A program made the position numbers and the translations under genes. From Alphaproteobacteria bacterium (GTDB lineage Bacteria; Pseudomonadota; Alphaproteobacteria; Rs-D84), in the NCBI GenBank assembly GCA_009784815.1, contig WQXN01000002.1, positions 94,667 through 158,666 on the forward strand: a DNA stretch of 64,000 nucleotides. Reading direction: 5' to 3'. This document shows, in pieces, positions 50,200 through 59,216 of this stretch (positions are counted from its first letter, which is position 1; every line of letters starts with the position of its first letter). Below the pieces are notes generated by a model. The model was not told the DNA's origin and searched no databases. It worked only from the letters and a program-made list of their open reading frames with translations.

Positions 50200-50260
50200 A
50201 CTTGCAATCCTCTCGAAATCGGCTATAATTCCACCAAGATTAACACAAGGTAGAATATAT

Positions 50261-52204
50261 ATGCTAAAACTTTTTGGAAAAAAGAAAAAATCCGGTGACG
50301 CGCAGGCCGCAATCCAAGCCGCGGGCAAACGCAATAAACGCCGCTCGAAAGGCGGTGCGAATCCGCAAACAAAACCCGCAAAAAAACTAAAAGACAGTGG
50401 TGAAAACCTAAAATGGCTGCCAAACGCGGTGGATGCGTCACTGCCCAAACCGGCTCCCAAAAAATCCACAAAACCCGCGCCCGAAAAAAACGCGCCGAAA
50501 ACTATAAAAGTTGCGCAGCGCAACAAAGACGACGTTAATGACGACAGCGTGTACTTCTTCGCGCTTGGCGGCATGGACCACGTTGGCATGAATATGTACG
50601 TTTACAAGCTGCGCGGCAAATACCTGATGGTGGACGCGGGCTTCGGCTTTTTAGAGGGAGCGCACGAGGGGGCGGACACGAAATACCCCGATATAAGTTA
50701 TCTCGAGCAAGTGAAAAAAGACGTGGTCGCAATACTGGTAACCCACGGCCACGAAGACCACATAGGCGCGATCAAGCGCATCTGGCCCAAATTCAGATGC
50801 CCGATATACTGCACAAGGTTTGTGGAAAAAATCCTGAAAAAAGACTTTGAAGAGCTGGGTATAGATTACGGCGCGAACGACTTCAAAATATTCGACCACA
50901 AGGGCGACAAATTCGACATAGCTCCGTTTAATATCGAAAATTTTCACGTCTCTCACTCTGTCCCCGAAGCGAACATGATAATCATAGGCACGCCGCAGGG
51001 CAAAATTCTTCACTCGGGCGACTGGACTTTTAACGACGGCAATCCGATTGAAATGCCGACGGACTACGCGCGCCTGCGCGAAATCGGAAGCGACCCGGAC
51101 CTTCTGGCGCTTGTGAACGAATCGACGGGAATCACGAAACAGTTCGAACAAACGACGGAACTGGAAGTCAAAGAAACCCTGAAAAATATGTTTGCGTCCG
51201 CGCCCCAGCGCGTGATCCTGACCTGCTACGCAAGATCGATAGCGCGTCTGAAAATGACGGCCCAGGCGGCGAAAGAATCTGGCAGGGTGGCCTGCGTCAA
51301 AGGCCGCTCGCTTGTGACTTTTCGCGAAATCGGAATCGAACTGGGCTACCTGGATAAAGAAGATCTGCAAATCTGGGAGGACATCAAGGATCTGCCCGCG
51401 AACAAACAAGTGGTGATCTGCACGGGCTCGCAGGGTGAAAAATACGCCCAGCTGACGCGCCTCTGCCGCAACGAAGTGCGCGAAATGAGGCTTGTCCAGA
51501 CGGACACGGTGATATTTTCGTCGATCGTGATCCCTGGCCGCGAACAGGACGTGACCGCGATGTACAACAAGCTTGCGAAAATCGGTGCGCACGTCCACAC
51601 GATATTTGATACGAATAAAATTCACGCCAGCGGCCACGCGGGCATGCCTGAATACAAGCGTTTTTACGAAATGGTGCATCCGTTTGTGATGATTCCGATG
51701 CACGGCGAATACATTTCGGAAATGATCAATGCGAAAATGGCGGTGGAAGCGGGCGGCGCGAAACACATGATCATGGCGCATAATGGGGAAGTGGTGAAAC
51801 TCCGCCGCGGCCAGGCTCCTGAAATAGTTGATACGGTGCACGTTGGAGTAACGGTGCTTGAAGGCGCGACGGAATACGCCGGCAACGACCAAGTGTTCAG
51901 AACTCGTGAAAAGGTGCTTCTTAACGGCGCGGTTTTCGTCACCTTGCCTGTGGATAACAAAGGCTACCTGAAATCGGCTCCTGACGTCAGCAGTGCGGGC
52001 ATATTCGAAAGCGATTCAACGGGAGCGATGAAGCGGTCGGTGCAAATAGCGATAACGAAAGCGGTCGATGCGTTGGACAAATCGGATCGTCGGTCGGAAA
52101 ACGGTCTGATTCAAACTGTGAAAACTGCTGTGAATTCCGCGCTTCGCCCGCAAATCGGCAAGCAAAAGAAACCGAACATCATCGTCCACCTTGTAAGGAT
52201 GTAA
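50261..52204 (+). CDS. rnj: ribonuclease J with a basic N-terminal extension
   Basis: Metallo-beta-lactamase motif HGHEDHIG plus beta-CASP and C-terminal domains. The first ~95 aa are Lys/Pro/Ala-rich. Confidence 0.9.
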   Translation: MLKLFGKKKKSGDAQAAIQAAGKRNKRRSKGGANPQTKPAKKLKDSGENLKWLPNAVDASLPKPAPKKSTKPAPEKNAPKTIKVAQRNKDDVNDDSVYFFALGGMDHVGMNMYVYKLRGKYLMVDAGFGFLEGAHEGADTKYPDISYLEQVKKDVVAILVTHGHEDHIGAIKRIWPKFRCPIYCTRFVEKILKKDFEELGIDYGANDFKIFDHKGDKFDIAPFNIENFHVSHSVPEANMIIIGTPQGKILHSGDWTFNDGNPIEMPTDYARLREIGSDPDLLALVNESTGITKQFEQTTELEVKETLKNMFASAPQRVILTCYARSIARLKMTAQAAKESGRVACVKGRSLVTFREIGIELGYLDKEDLQIWEDIKDLPANKQVVICTGSQGEKYAQLTRLCRNEVREMRLVQTDTVIFSSIVIPGREQDVTAMYNKLAKIGAHVHTIFDTNKIHASGHAGMPEYKRFYEMVHPFVMIPMHGEYISEMINAKMAVEAGGAKHMIMAHNGEVVKLRRGQAPEIVDTVHVGVTVLEGATEYAGNDQVFRTREKVLLNGAVFVTLPVDNKGYLKSAPDVSSAGIFESDSTGAMKRSVQIAITKAVDALDKSDRRSENGLIQTVKTAVNSALRPQIGKQKKPNIIVHLVRM

Positions 52205-52212
52205 ATAATATT

Positions 52213-52288
52213 GCACCCATAGTTTAATTGGATAAAACGCGGCCCTCCGAAGGCTGTGATTCAGGTTCAAGTCCTGATGGGTGCGCCA
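52213..52288 (+). tRNA. tRNA-Arg (anticodon CCG)
   Basis: Acceptor GCACCCA/TGGGTGC, D stem GTTT/AAAC, anticodon loop CTCCGAA, T-loop TTCAAGT, encoded CCA. Confidence 0.9.
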
Positions 52289-52291
52289 AAA

Positions 52292-53122
52292 TCAAACGGC
52301 CCTCGCCATATATTGCCCCAATATGACGTTCGCCTTTTCCTGCGTGATAATCCTATATCTCACGGCGTCCTTGATCGTTACCGCGATAAAGCGCTCTAAA
52401 TTCGTATACATTCCCATTTCGACTGCGAACTTGACCAGGTTTTCTCCACTGTTAATGAACGACTTCAATCTAAGGTAATACGGCGTCTCGTCTTTTGTGA
52501 TATTGGTGTAAAATTCGGCGTTTCTGATTACGTTGTACACGGTCGAAGTGCTGACGTTCCATTCTCTCGCGATCCTTGTTACCGAAAGCTTTTCAAGCGC
52601 GAACATTGTCAGGATTCCGTTGTTTCGCTGTTTTTTAAGCGCTTCGTTTCCGATCTTTTTGGTTGCGTGGTTTCTGGTTCCTCTTACTCCGTTTACGATT
52701 CGCGAAACCGAAGCTTTGCTGACTCCGCATTCCTTTGCGATATTTCCATAAGACAATCCCTCAAGTCGTAATTTCAAAATCTTGTCGCACGTTTCCTGGG
52801 ATATTGTCGGTGTCCTAAGCGGTACATTGTTGTTGTGCAGCACGCAGAATACAAGTCCGTCCGACACGCCGTAATTGTTTGCGATTTCTTCTGCGCTGAA
52901 TCCGTACTGATACAGTTCGATTATGCCTTTGTCTCGTTCTATGACGGCTTCCTGATCCGGGGACAATACGCCGTGCGCGCTGACTACCCTTGATACCGTC
53001 GCGACCGAAGTGTTCACATACTCGGCTATTTCTCCAAGCAAATAACCTTCCTTTCTCATGCTGACTATTTCTTTGTCCCGATCTGTTCTTTTTCTGCGGT
53101 TAAATTCTGATTTTTTCATCAT
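52292..53122 (-). CDS. DNA-binding protein with four tandem helix-turn-helix modules
   Basis: Four units of about 33 aa. They are RDKEIVSMRKEGYLLGEIAEYVNTSVATVSRVV, RDKGIIELYQYGFSAEEIANNYGVSDGLVFCVL, TCDKILKLRLEGLSYGNIAKECGVSKASVSRIV and NNGILTMFALEKLSVTRIAREWNVSTSTVYNVI. The stop codon is 3 nt from the tRNA-Arg CCA. Confidence 0.7.
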   Translation of the reverse strand: MMKKSEFNRRKRTDRDKEIVSMRKEGYLLGEIAEYVNTSVATVSRVVSAHGVLSPDQEAVIERDKGIIELYQYGFSAEEIANNYGVSDGLVFCVLHNNNVPLRTPTISQETCDKILKLRLEGLSYGNIAKECGVSKASVSRIVNGVRGTRNHATKKIGNEALKKQRNNGILTMFALEKLSVTRIAREWNVSTSTVYNVIRNAEFYTNITKDETPYYLRLKSFINSGENLVKFAVEMGMYTNLERFIAVTIKDAVRYRIITQEKANVILGQYMARAV

Positions 53123-53997
53123 CTTGCGTTTACCTCGTTACTGGTTTTGTATTTATAAAAATTTCTTGCCTTAAAAAGTATCTCTGGCAAAGTATTTCCT
53201 TCCACGCCGATTTTTTCCATGACGCCGATTGTTGCCTTTGCCTCGTTTGTGAACACGAAAAGATTGTGTTCTTTTGCGGCCTCGGTGTATTCTGGCAGAT
53301 CGAATCCGAAGTGCTCCGTTACGGTCTGCAAATTATACAGCATCCGGTTGATTGGCTTTGTGATGATGGCGGAATTTCCGTTCATCCCGGCGTCAAAGAA
53401 TTCGGTTTTGGTAAAATGCGGAGCAAAATTTCCGACGAACTCGTCCGCGCGTTTCATGATCTCGTCGGAAGTCTTTGTCAGCGCGCCGGGGTTGTAATTC
53501 GCCATGTTCTGAATAAATCTTTCTGCGGTGAAGCCGGCTATATGGGGCAGGGTGATTTCGGCTATCTGCTCGGCTCGCTCTTCGGTAAGTTCGCCGCTTG
53601 TCGTGAACATCCTTGCGTTTCCATGCAGTGCCTTTTTGATATATGCCGTAGTTGTCATGTCGGGGATATATCGTTTTAAGTACGCCGCGGCATTTTCGCA
53701 GTTTTCGATAATTTTTTCAGGTTCGCGCCCCAATATCCACAAGTTCATTATGGCTGATCTTTTGCATCGCTCAAAGCTGGCGCTGGGCGCATAGCGTTGC
53801 AGTAACTCGGACAAGCTTGCTATCTTTTTATTAAAGTTAAAGAACTCCATGTTCTTGCCTAGTGCCGCAAGCATGAATATGCCGAAAAGTTTTGGGTTGT
53901 TGGTGATGGCCTTAAGCTTTTTGTCCAACACGTCGGAATATATGCCTATGCTTTTCAGCTGTTCGTTAAGCAAGTAATAAACTTCTATCTTGTCCAT
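53119..53997 (-). CDS. helical tandem-repeat protein (paralog of 54001..54999)
   Basis: Units of 36-42 aa each open with N-x-x-h-h-T: NARMFTTS, NPGALTKT, NSAIITKP, NLFVFTNE. GAGGT RBS. 4-nt overlap with the downstream gene. Confidence 0.7.
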   Translation of the reverse strand: MDKIEVYYLLNEQLKSIGIYSDVLDKKLKAITNNPKLFGIFMLAALGKNMEFFNFNKKIASLSELLQRYAPSASFERCKRSAIMNLWILGREPEKIIENCENAAAYLKRYIPDMTTTAYIKKALHGNARMFTTSGELTEERAEQIAEITLPHIAGFTAERFIQNMANYNPGALTKTSDEIMKRADEFVGNFAPHFTKTEFFDAGMNGNSAIITKPINRMLYNLQTVTEHFGFDLPEYTEAAKEHNLFVFTNEAKATIGVMEKIGVEGNTLPEILFKARNFYKYKTSNEVNAR

Positions 53998-54000
53998 TTT

Positions 54001-54999
54001 TTACCTCGAAGATTTTGGGTTTAGCATGGCCAGCGTGAAAATCGAAGATTTTTTATCTTCCTTTCTAAAATTTTCGATTTTTTCTATGGTGTCTTCGGCC
54101 TCGATCGTGAATAAAAATGTGTTGTGCCTTCTTGCTCCCGTAAGGTACTTTGCATAATCCAAGTCGAATGGATATTTCTGTACGACAGTCTTGATGTTGC
54201 GTATCATGCTCTGGGTTTTCCAGGTAAATATCTTCGAATTGTGAAGAAAGCCCATCTCGGCGAAATCGTATGCGCTAAGATGGGGTCTGAACGCTTCGGT
54301 GAACGCGGCTGCGGCCTCCATTATGATGGCCGGATTTTTCGTCATGACATAAGGATTTGGTCCGGTCCCTATTTTCAAACAATTTACGATTGTCGATGCT
54401 TTGGGGTTGTACTGTCCAAGCCCGTCGACTATCCCGGTCACATTTGATTGAATATATTTTTGCGAGGTCGTAATCATTTCTGGATTTCGGTAATACGCTG
54501 TCCCGGTATATTTTTCTTTCGTTATGTCCGGCAGGTGCGTCGCCGCCCATTTCGAAGATTCTTCCAAATATTCCGAAATATTGTTGGTTGATGCGGTGAA
54601 CATCGCGTTGTTAAAATTCAAAGCTTTTTCAAGAAATTCTCTGTACGTCACGCGGTTCAATATATTTTGTAACGCTGCCGCCGACGCTCTTGTTTTGGTC
54701 ATGATTGTATTCGGGGAATTCGCGCACGCCCAAGCGTTTTGTTTGACGACCTTGTCTGCGTATTCTTTGGGTGTCAAGCTGTGCAGATGCCATTTCAAAG
54801 CTTGAACTGTCTGATGAATTTTTTCTTTAAAATTGAAAAAGTTGGAATTGTATTGTATGTCTTGATACTCGTCTTGGAAAATTTGCAGACATCGTTCTTT
54901 TCTGAATATCTTTTCGACTATTTCGTGCGCTTCGCTCTCATGGAAGAACCCGGTTTCCATAAATTTTGATACCAAAAGACTTCTTAATTCGTAACTCAT
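54001..54999 (-). CDS. helical tandem-repeat protein (paralog of 53119..53997)
   Basis: Units open with NNAMFTAS, NPEMITTS, NPYVMTKN, NSKIFTWK, NTFLFTIE. Shares the FFNF(N/K)(K/E)KI N-terminal block with its paralog. Confidence 0.7.
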   Translation of the reverse strand: MSYELRSLLVSKFMETGFFHESEAHEIVEKIFRKERCLQIFQDEYQDIQYNSNFFNFKEKIHQTVQALKWHLHSLTPKEYADKVVKQNAWACANSPNTIMTKTRASAAALQNILNRVTYREFLEKALNFNNAMFTASTNNISEYLEESSKWAATHLPDITKEKYTGTAYYRNPEMITTSQKYIQSNVTGIVDGLGQYNPKASTIVNCLKIGTGPNPYVMTKNPAIIMEAAAAFTEAFRPHLSAYDFAEMGFLHNSKIFTWKTQSMIRNIKTVVQKYPFDLDYAKYLTGARRHNTFLFTIEAEDTIEKIENFRKEDKKSSIFTLAMLNPKSSR

Positions 55000-55099
55000 T
55001 TTTCACACCAGCGCAACACTGCTTATTCCTCACCGGCGCACAACAGCAAGCCAGTACTTAACATCGCAACATCGTCCATTGTTTTCAACTAACGCACTG

Positions 55100-55127
55100 A
55101 TAATACTCCTCTCGCACGTTTTGTCAA
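55100..55127 (-). promoter_or_regulatory. near-consensus sigma70 promoter of the three-gene operon
   Basis: On the minus strand: TTGACA (55127..55122), N16, TATTAT (55105..55100), about 95 nt upstream of ATG 54999. Confidence 0.55.
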
Positions 55128-55197
55128 GTTATTAATCAAATAAAATTCCGTCAAACCAATGCGATCAAAATGATTTTTATCAAAAATATTAAAATGT

Positions 55198-55238
55198 ACT
55201 AATGGTCTACATTCAAATAGTTATTTGACGTTTCACGT
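55198..55238. repeat. 41-bp perfect direct repeat, copy 1
   Basis: ACTAATGGTCTACATTCAAATAGTTATTTGACGTTTCACGT, identical to 55341..55381. Confidence 0.9.
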
Positions 55239-55340
55239 AAGGGCGGAACAAGAAAATATGACCAAATGTCATGTTTTCCCGCCCGCGCAGAATCCCTAAA
55301 TCTTTGATTTAGTGGATTCGTTGTAAATCTTTACATTTGC

Positions 55341-55381
55341 ACTAATGGTCTACATTCAAATAGTTATTTGACGTTTCACGT
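55341..55381. repeat. 41-bp perfect direct repeat, copy 2
   Basis: Identical 41-mer 143 bp downstream of copy 1. Its last bases run into the palindrome GTGAAGTCTTCAC. Confidence 0.9.
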
Positions 55382-55521
55382 GAAGTCTTCACAATTTTCC
55401 ATTATATCACAAAAATTCACTCCCACAATCGGAACCTTTTCCTTGCTTTTTACTTCTACCTTCTTCCTTTTATCTTTTATTTATGATACAATTGTCCCAA
55501 CGGATAAAATGGAGGCCTAAA

Positions 55522-56535
55522 ATGGCAAAGAAAACTCGCATCGCGATCAACGGTTTCGGAAGAATAGGGCGCATGGTGCTGCGCGCATACATAGAAAGCG
55601 GCAGAAAAGATATGGAATTCGTTGCGGTCAACGATCTTGCGCCGCTTGAACAATCGGCTCACCTGCTTCAATTCGATTCGGTTCACGGCAAATTAAAATA
55701 CCCGGTTAAAATCGTCGGCAGCCATATCCATGTTGCGGGCCATAAGATCCAAGTGATCCAAGAAAAAGACCCTGAAAAACTTCCGTGGAAAAAACTGAAC
55801 ATAGATATAGTAATGGAATGCACGGGGGTCTTCACGGACGCGGACAAGGCAAGGGTGCACCTGAAAGCCGGCGCGAAAAAAGTTCTGGTCTCGGCGCCAA
55901 GTGAAGGTGCGGACGCGACAATAGTGTTCGGAGTAAACGATAAAACGTTGAAAAAAGCTAATAAAATTATTTCCAACGCATCCTGTACTACGAACTGTCT
56001 TGCGCCCGTTGCGGCTGTAATAGACTCGGCATTCGGAATAGTGAATGGCTTTATGACGACGGTGCACGCGTACACGGGCGACCAAAGATTGCTTGACGCG
56101 AATCACAGCGACCCGCGCCGCGCAAGGGCTGCGGCCATGTCCATGATCCCGTCGAAAACGGGTGCGGCCAAAGCTATTGGGCTTGTTCTGCCGAAACTTG
56201 CCGGCAAACTGGATGGGGCGGCTATAAGGGTGCCGACTCCGAACGTGTCCGTGGTCGAGCTGGTGGTGAATCTGAAAAAGAAAACTACGGCGGACGCGGT
56301 CAACGCGGCCATCAAAAAAGCGTCTATGACCAATATGAAAGGAGTGCTAGGCTACGAGGAACAGCCGCTTGTATCAGTGGATTTTGTTCACGACCCAAGA
56401 ACTTCGATCCTGGACGCGGCGCTTACCAAAGTCATAGACGGCAACCTTCTTCATGTTACCAGCTGGTATGATAACGAATGGGGCTTTTCGTGCAAAATGC
56501 TGGACACCGCCGCCGCCATAGGAAAACTGACATAA
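55522..56535 (+). CDS. gap: glyceraldehyde-3-phosphate dehydrogenase
   Basis: INGFGRIGR and SNASCTTNCLAP. GGAGG RBS before ATG 55522. Confidence 0.95.
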   Translation: MAKKTRIAINGFGRIGRMVLRAYIESGRKDMEFVAVNDLAPLEQSAHLLQFDSVHGKLKYPVKIVGSHIHVAGHKIQVIQEKDPEKLPWKKLNIDIVMECTGVFTDADKARVHLKAGAKKVLVSAPSEGADATIVFGVNDKTLKKANKIISNASCTTNCLAPVAAVIDSAFGIVNGFMTTVHAYTGDQRLLDANHSDPRRARAAAMSMIPSKTGAAKAIGLVLPKLAGKLDGAAIRVPTPNVSVVELVVNLKKKTTADAVNAAIKKASMTNMKGVLGYEEQPLVSVDFVHDPRTSILDAALTKVIDGNLLHVTSWYDNEWGFSCKMLDTAAAIGKLT

Positions 56536-56548
56536 TAACGGACGCTTA

Positions 56549-57526
56549 ATGAAAATAAGATTTTCGGAATCTTCTCCAAATTCGTCGAACAGTCCGGCCG
56601 GGTTGATTAGCGATATCGCTTCGTCCAAGCCTCACGGCCGGGAAACCTGGGTTGAATATTACGGCCAAGGCTTTGTCGTCAAAAGGCCGCTGACTGATTT
56701 CGGAGAAGAAAAAAGAATTAAATGGCTTCAAAAACAGCATTTGACACGCAAGCATATCGAAGAAATTCTGTGGTATAAGGGTCTTAACTATTCAGTTTCT
56801 TACGATGTCCCGGAAATGAAGCACGTCAACGACGAGGAGGTTGCAGTGCTTGAAGAAAGGGCCCCGGGCGAGCGTCTAACCAAGCAGTTTTACGATTCGC
56901 TGTCCGCGCGGAGGCAAACAAAAATTCAAAACGGCATAGCCGAATTCCTATCCGACATGGCGCAATTGCGTCCGGTCAAAGAAAGCAGGCAAAAGCTGTC
57001 GGAAAGGTTCAATTTCGCGCAACTCGATAAGTTTTTATCGACCAGAGGAGGGCTCTGGCTTGATCAGGAAGATATAAAATTCACCAAAAAAGTGGCGGAA
57101 CAGGTTAGCAAATTCGAATATGACACCACTTTGGTCTGGGCTCATCGGGATTTGAATCCCGGCAATATCCTATACGATCTTGACACCTGGAAACTTTCGT
57201 TCATCGACTTCGCCGAAGCCAATTACGATTGCGTTTACCATGATATTTTTTATTCTGCGCTTAACAATGAATTGGGTATTTCCGCCAAAATTTTTAATAA
57301 ATTTCTCAAGCTTTACGGTAAAAAACAGCCGAATCTTGCTATAGATCCTGTTCAAACCGCCAAAATTGCCTATATGAACGGCGCCCTCAGAGTACTAAGG
57401 CGCTTAAATTACATAGGAAAACGCGCCAGGCCCAACCCGGCCAATGAAAAAAGCCAAAAAAACCAAAATTTAATGAAAAGTTGGGCAAAGGAAGAGGTGG
57501 AAAAACTAAAAGCGGCTTCTCTTTAA
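56549..57526 (+). CDS. phosphotransferase (APH/choline-kinase-like fold)
   Basis: HRDLNPGNIL (HxDxxxxN) followed by FIDFAEA. Confidence 0.75.
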   Translation: MKIRFSESSPNSSNSPAGLISDIASSKPHGRETWVEYYGQGFVVKRPLTDFGEEKRIKWLQKQHLTRKHIEEILWYKGLNYSVSYDVPEMKHVNDEEVAVLEERAPGERLTKQFYDSLSARRQTKIQNGIAEFLSDMAQLRPVKESRQKLSERFNFAQLDKFLSTRGGLWLDQEDIKFTKKVAEQVSKFEYDTTLVWAHRDLNPGNILYDLDTWKLSFIDFAEANYDCVYHDIFYSALNNELGISAKIFNKFLKLYGKKQPNLAIDPVQTAKIAYMNGALRVLRRLNYIGKRARPNPANEKSQKNQNLMKSWAKEEVEKLKAASL

Positions 57527-57536
57527 TAGAGGTTCT

Positions 57537-58139
57537 TTATTTGGGAATGGCCAAAGTCCTTTCCAGCGCAACCCTAACAATTTTGTCGATTACCTCGGGT
57601 TTTTGCAAAATTGGACATAAATTCTTCTGCGCATTGCTAGGAAATATTGAGCTAAAATCGTCTTCTTGGCAAACATACATCACCCATTGAGTGTGCACAT
57701 CGTCTATTTCAAAGGATAGGGCGCTTAAACCGTACGGAAATCGTTTGTCCGTGTGCCTATCCATGAATTTATGGGCGCATTTCGGGAAATGATCCATAGG
57801 CGGAATAATCCAATCCCCGCCGCCGCAGGATTTAATCGAATAATCGTCGGTTCCATAGATTTTATTAGGCAAAACCGGGCGGTAAAATACATTATTTAGC
57901 CTTCCTAAGCCACTGTTTTCTATGCTTTTTATGGTTTCCCGGTAAATTGTCCCATGCTCTTTATGGGTTATATTGAAATGATGCGACCATGGACGGCCCT
58001 TAAAAAACGTCTTTTTTCTTATATTTTTCCAAATGGCAGCCTGAAATTCATCGAAATATTGCAGCTTTTGTGGGGCAAACGCGAAAATCGCTTGATCAGG
58101 GTGATATTCATAGTTTAAAAGACACTGCATTATAGGCAT
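57537..58139 (-). CDS. hypothetical protein (200 aa)
   Basis: AAGGAG RBS. A hand count of one 60-nt line gives about 33% GC. No motif recognised. Confidence 0.6.
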   Translation of the reverse strand: MPIMQCLLNYEYHPDQAIFAFAPQKLQYFDEFQAAIWKNIRKKTFFKGRPWSHHFNITHKEHGTIYRETIKSIENSGLGRLNNVFYRPVLPNKIYGTDDYSIKSCGGGDWIIPPMDHFPKCAHKFMDRHTDKRFPYGLSALSFEIDDVHTQWVMYVCQEDDFSSIFPSNAQKNLCPILQKPEVIDKIVRVALERTLAIPK

Positions 58140-58194
58140 TTCAAGCTCCTTTTTCGTCGTTGCGCTTACATTTTTAACTCAAATTTGCCAATTT

Positions 58195-58743
58195 TCAAGC
58201 AGTTTTTTCTAAAATTACGAAGCTGGCGCGGCCATATTTACGGCGGGTTAGAGTGATAAATCCCTTAAAATCCTTGGAATTTGTGTTAATTGGTTCTTCT
58301 GACTCGATAATTAAAATTGTGCCAGTTTTCATAAGATTGGCCATTAAAGTTATATCAATTTTACTGCCGTAAGGCGGATCTATAAAGATAATATCGGCTT
58401 TTGGCGCGTATTTGCCGGTAATTTCCGGCATTTTGGCATGCTTGATTATAATAGATGAACTGTTATTCATATCTTTAAGATTTTTGCTGATAATTTTAAT
58501 CGCCTGGGGATCTGAATCAGTGAAAATTACGGTATTTGCAAGCCTGCGGGATATAAATTCTGCTCCAAAAGCCCCGCTTCCGGCATAAACGTCCCAAACA
58601 ACCAAGTCTTTTTGTTTAATTAGAGGTATTAGTATATTGAATAAAGCTATTTTTGCGCGCATGCTTGTCGGGCGTGCACCGGCGGGATAGTCTAATTTCC
58701 TGCCTTTAAATTCTCCCGAAATGATTTGCATTTTAGCATTCAT
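58195..58743 (-). CDS. rsmD: 16S rRNA (guanine966-N2)-methyltransferase
   Basis: ISGEFKGRKL, DVYAGSGAFG and FIDPPY. Confidence 0.85.
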   Translation of the reverse strand: MNAKMQIISGEFKGRKLDYPAGARPTSMRAKIALFNILIPLIKQKDLVVWDVYAGSGAFGAEFISRRLANTVIFTDSDPQAIKIISKNLKDMNNSSSIIIKHAKMPEITGKYAPKADIIFIDPPYGSKIDITLMANLMKTGTILIIESEEPINTNSKDFKGFITLTRRKYGRASFVILEKTA

Positions 58744-58778
58744 AAGTATAAGATTATCATGAAATTAAGGAAAACGCA

Positions 58779-59216
58779 ATGATGAAATTGGCTGTGGACC
58801 AGGCAAAACTGGCGATCAAACACGCGGATGTTCCGGTCGGCGCGGTCATAGTTTGTAATGGCCAAGTTCTTGGGGTTGGGCATAACCGGGTCGAAATTGA
58901 CAATGATCCTACCGCGCACGCCGAGATTGTGGCGATCCGCGCGGCAACGGCCAAAATCTGCCATAAATTTATGCCGGATAATACGGAAATTTACATTACT
59001 TTAGAGCCTTGTGCAATGTGCGCGGCCGCGATTTCCTATGCCCGGATATCCAAAATCATATACGCCGCCGCGGACGAGAAAGGCGGCGCGATTGCCGGAA
59101 ATTCAAGAATTTTCGAGACGGATCGGCATCTTTTTAGACCTGAAATCACAAGAGATTTGACTTTTTCTGACGATTGCTCTACCATGCTGAAAGATTTTTT
59201 TAAGGGTTTAAGATGA
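58779..59216 (+). CDS. tadA: tRNA-specific adenosine deaminase
   Basis: HAE and PCAMCAAAI zinc motifs. Confidence 0.9.
   Translation: MMKLAVDQAKLAIKHADVPVGAVIVCNGQVLGVGHNRVEIDNDPTAHAEIVAIRAATAKICHKFMPDNTEIYITLEPCAMCAAAISYARISKIIYAAADEKGGAIAGNSRIFETDRHLFRPEITRDLTFSDDCSTMLKDFFKGLR

Noticed and set aside
55198-55381. CRISPR-like interpretation of the 41-bp direct repeats, and likewise of the 10-11-bp A-tract units.
   Set aside because: There are only two copies of the 41-mer, separated by a structured 102-bp interval. There are no further repeats and no cas genes. The A-tract units are far too short and degenerate for a CRISPR array.
52213-55480. A classical integrase-mediated genomic island at tRNA-Arg.
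   Set aside because: There is no integrase or recombinase gene. I could not find a duplicate of the tRNA-Arg 3' end (GGTTCAAGTCCTGATGGGTGCGCCA) at the far boundary. Foreign origin is still suggested by composition, but the mobility mechanism is unsupported.
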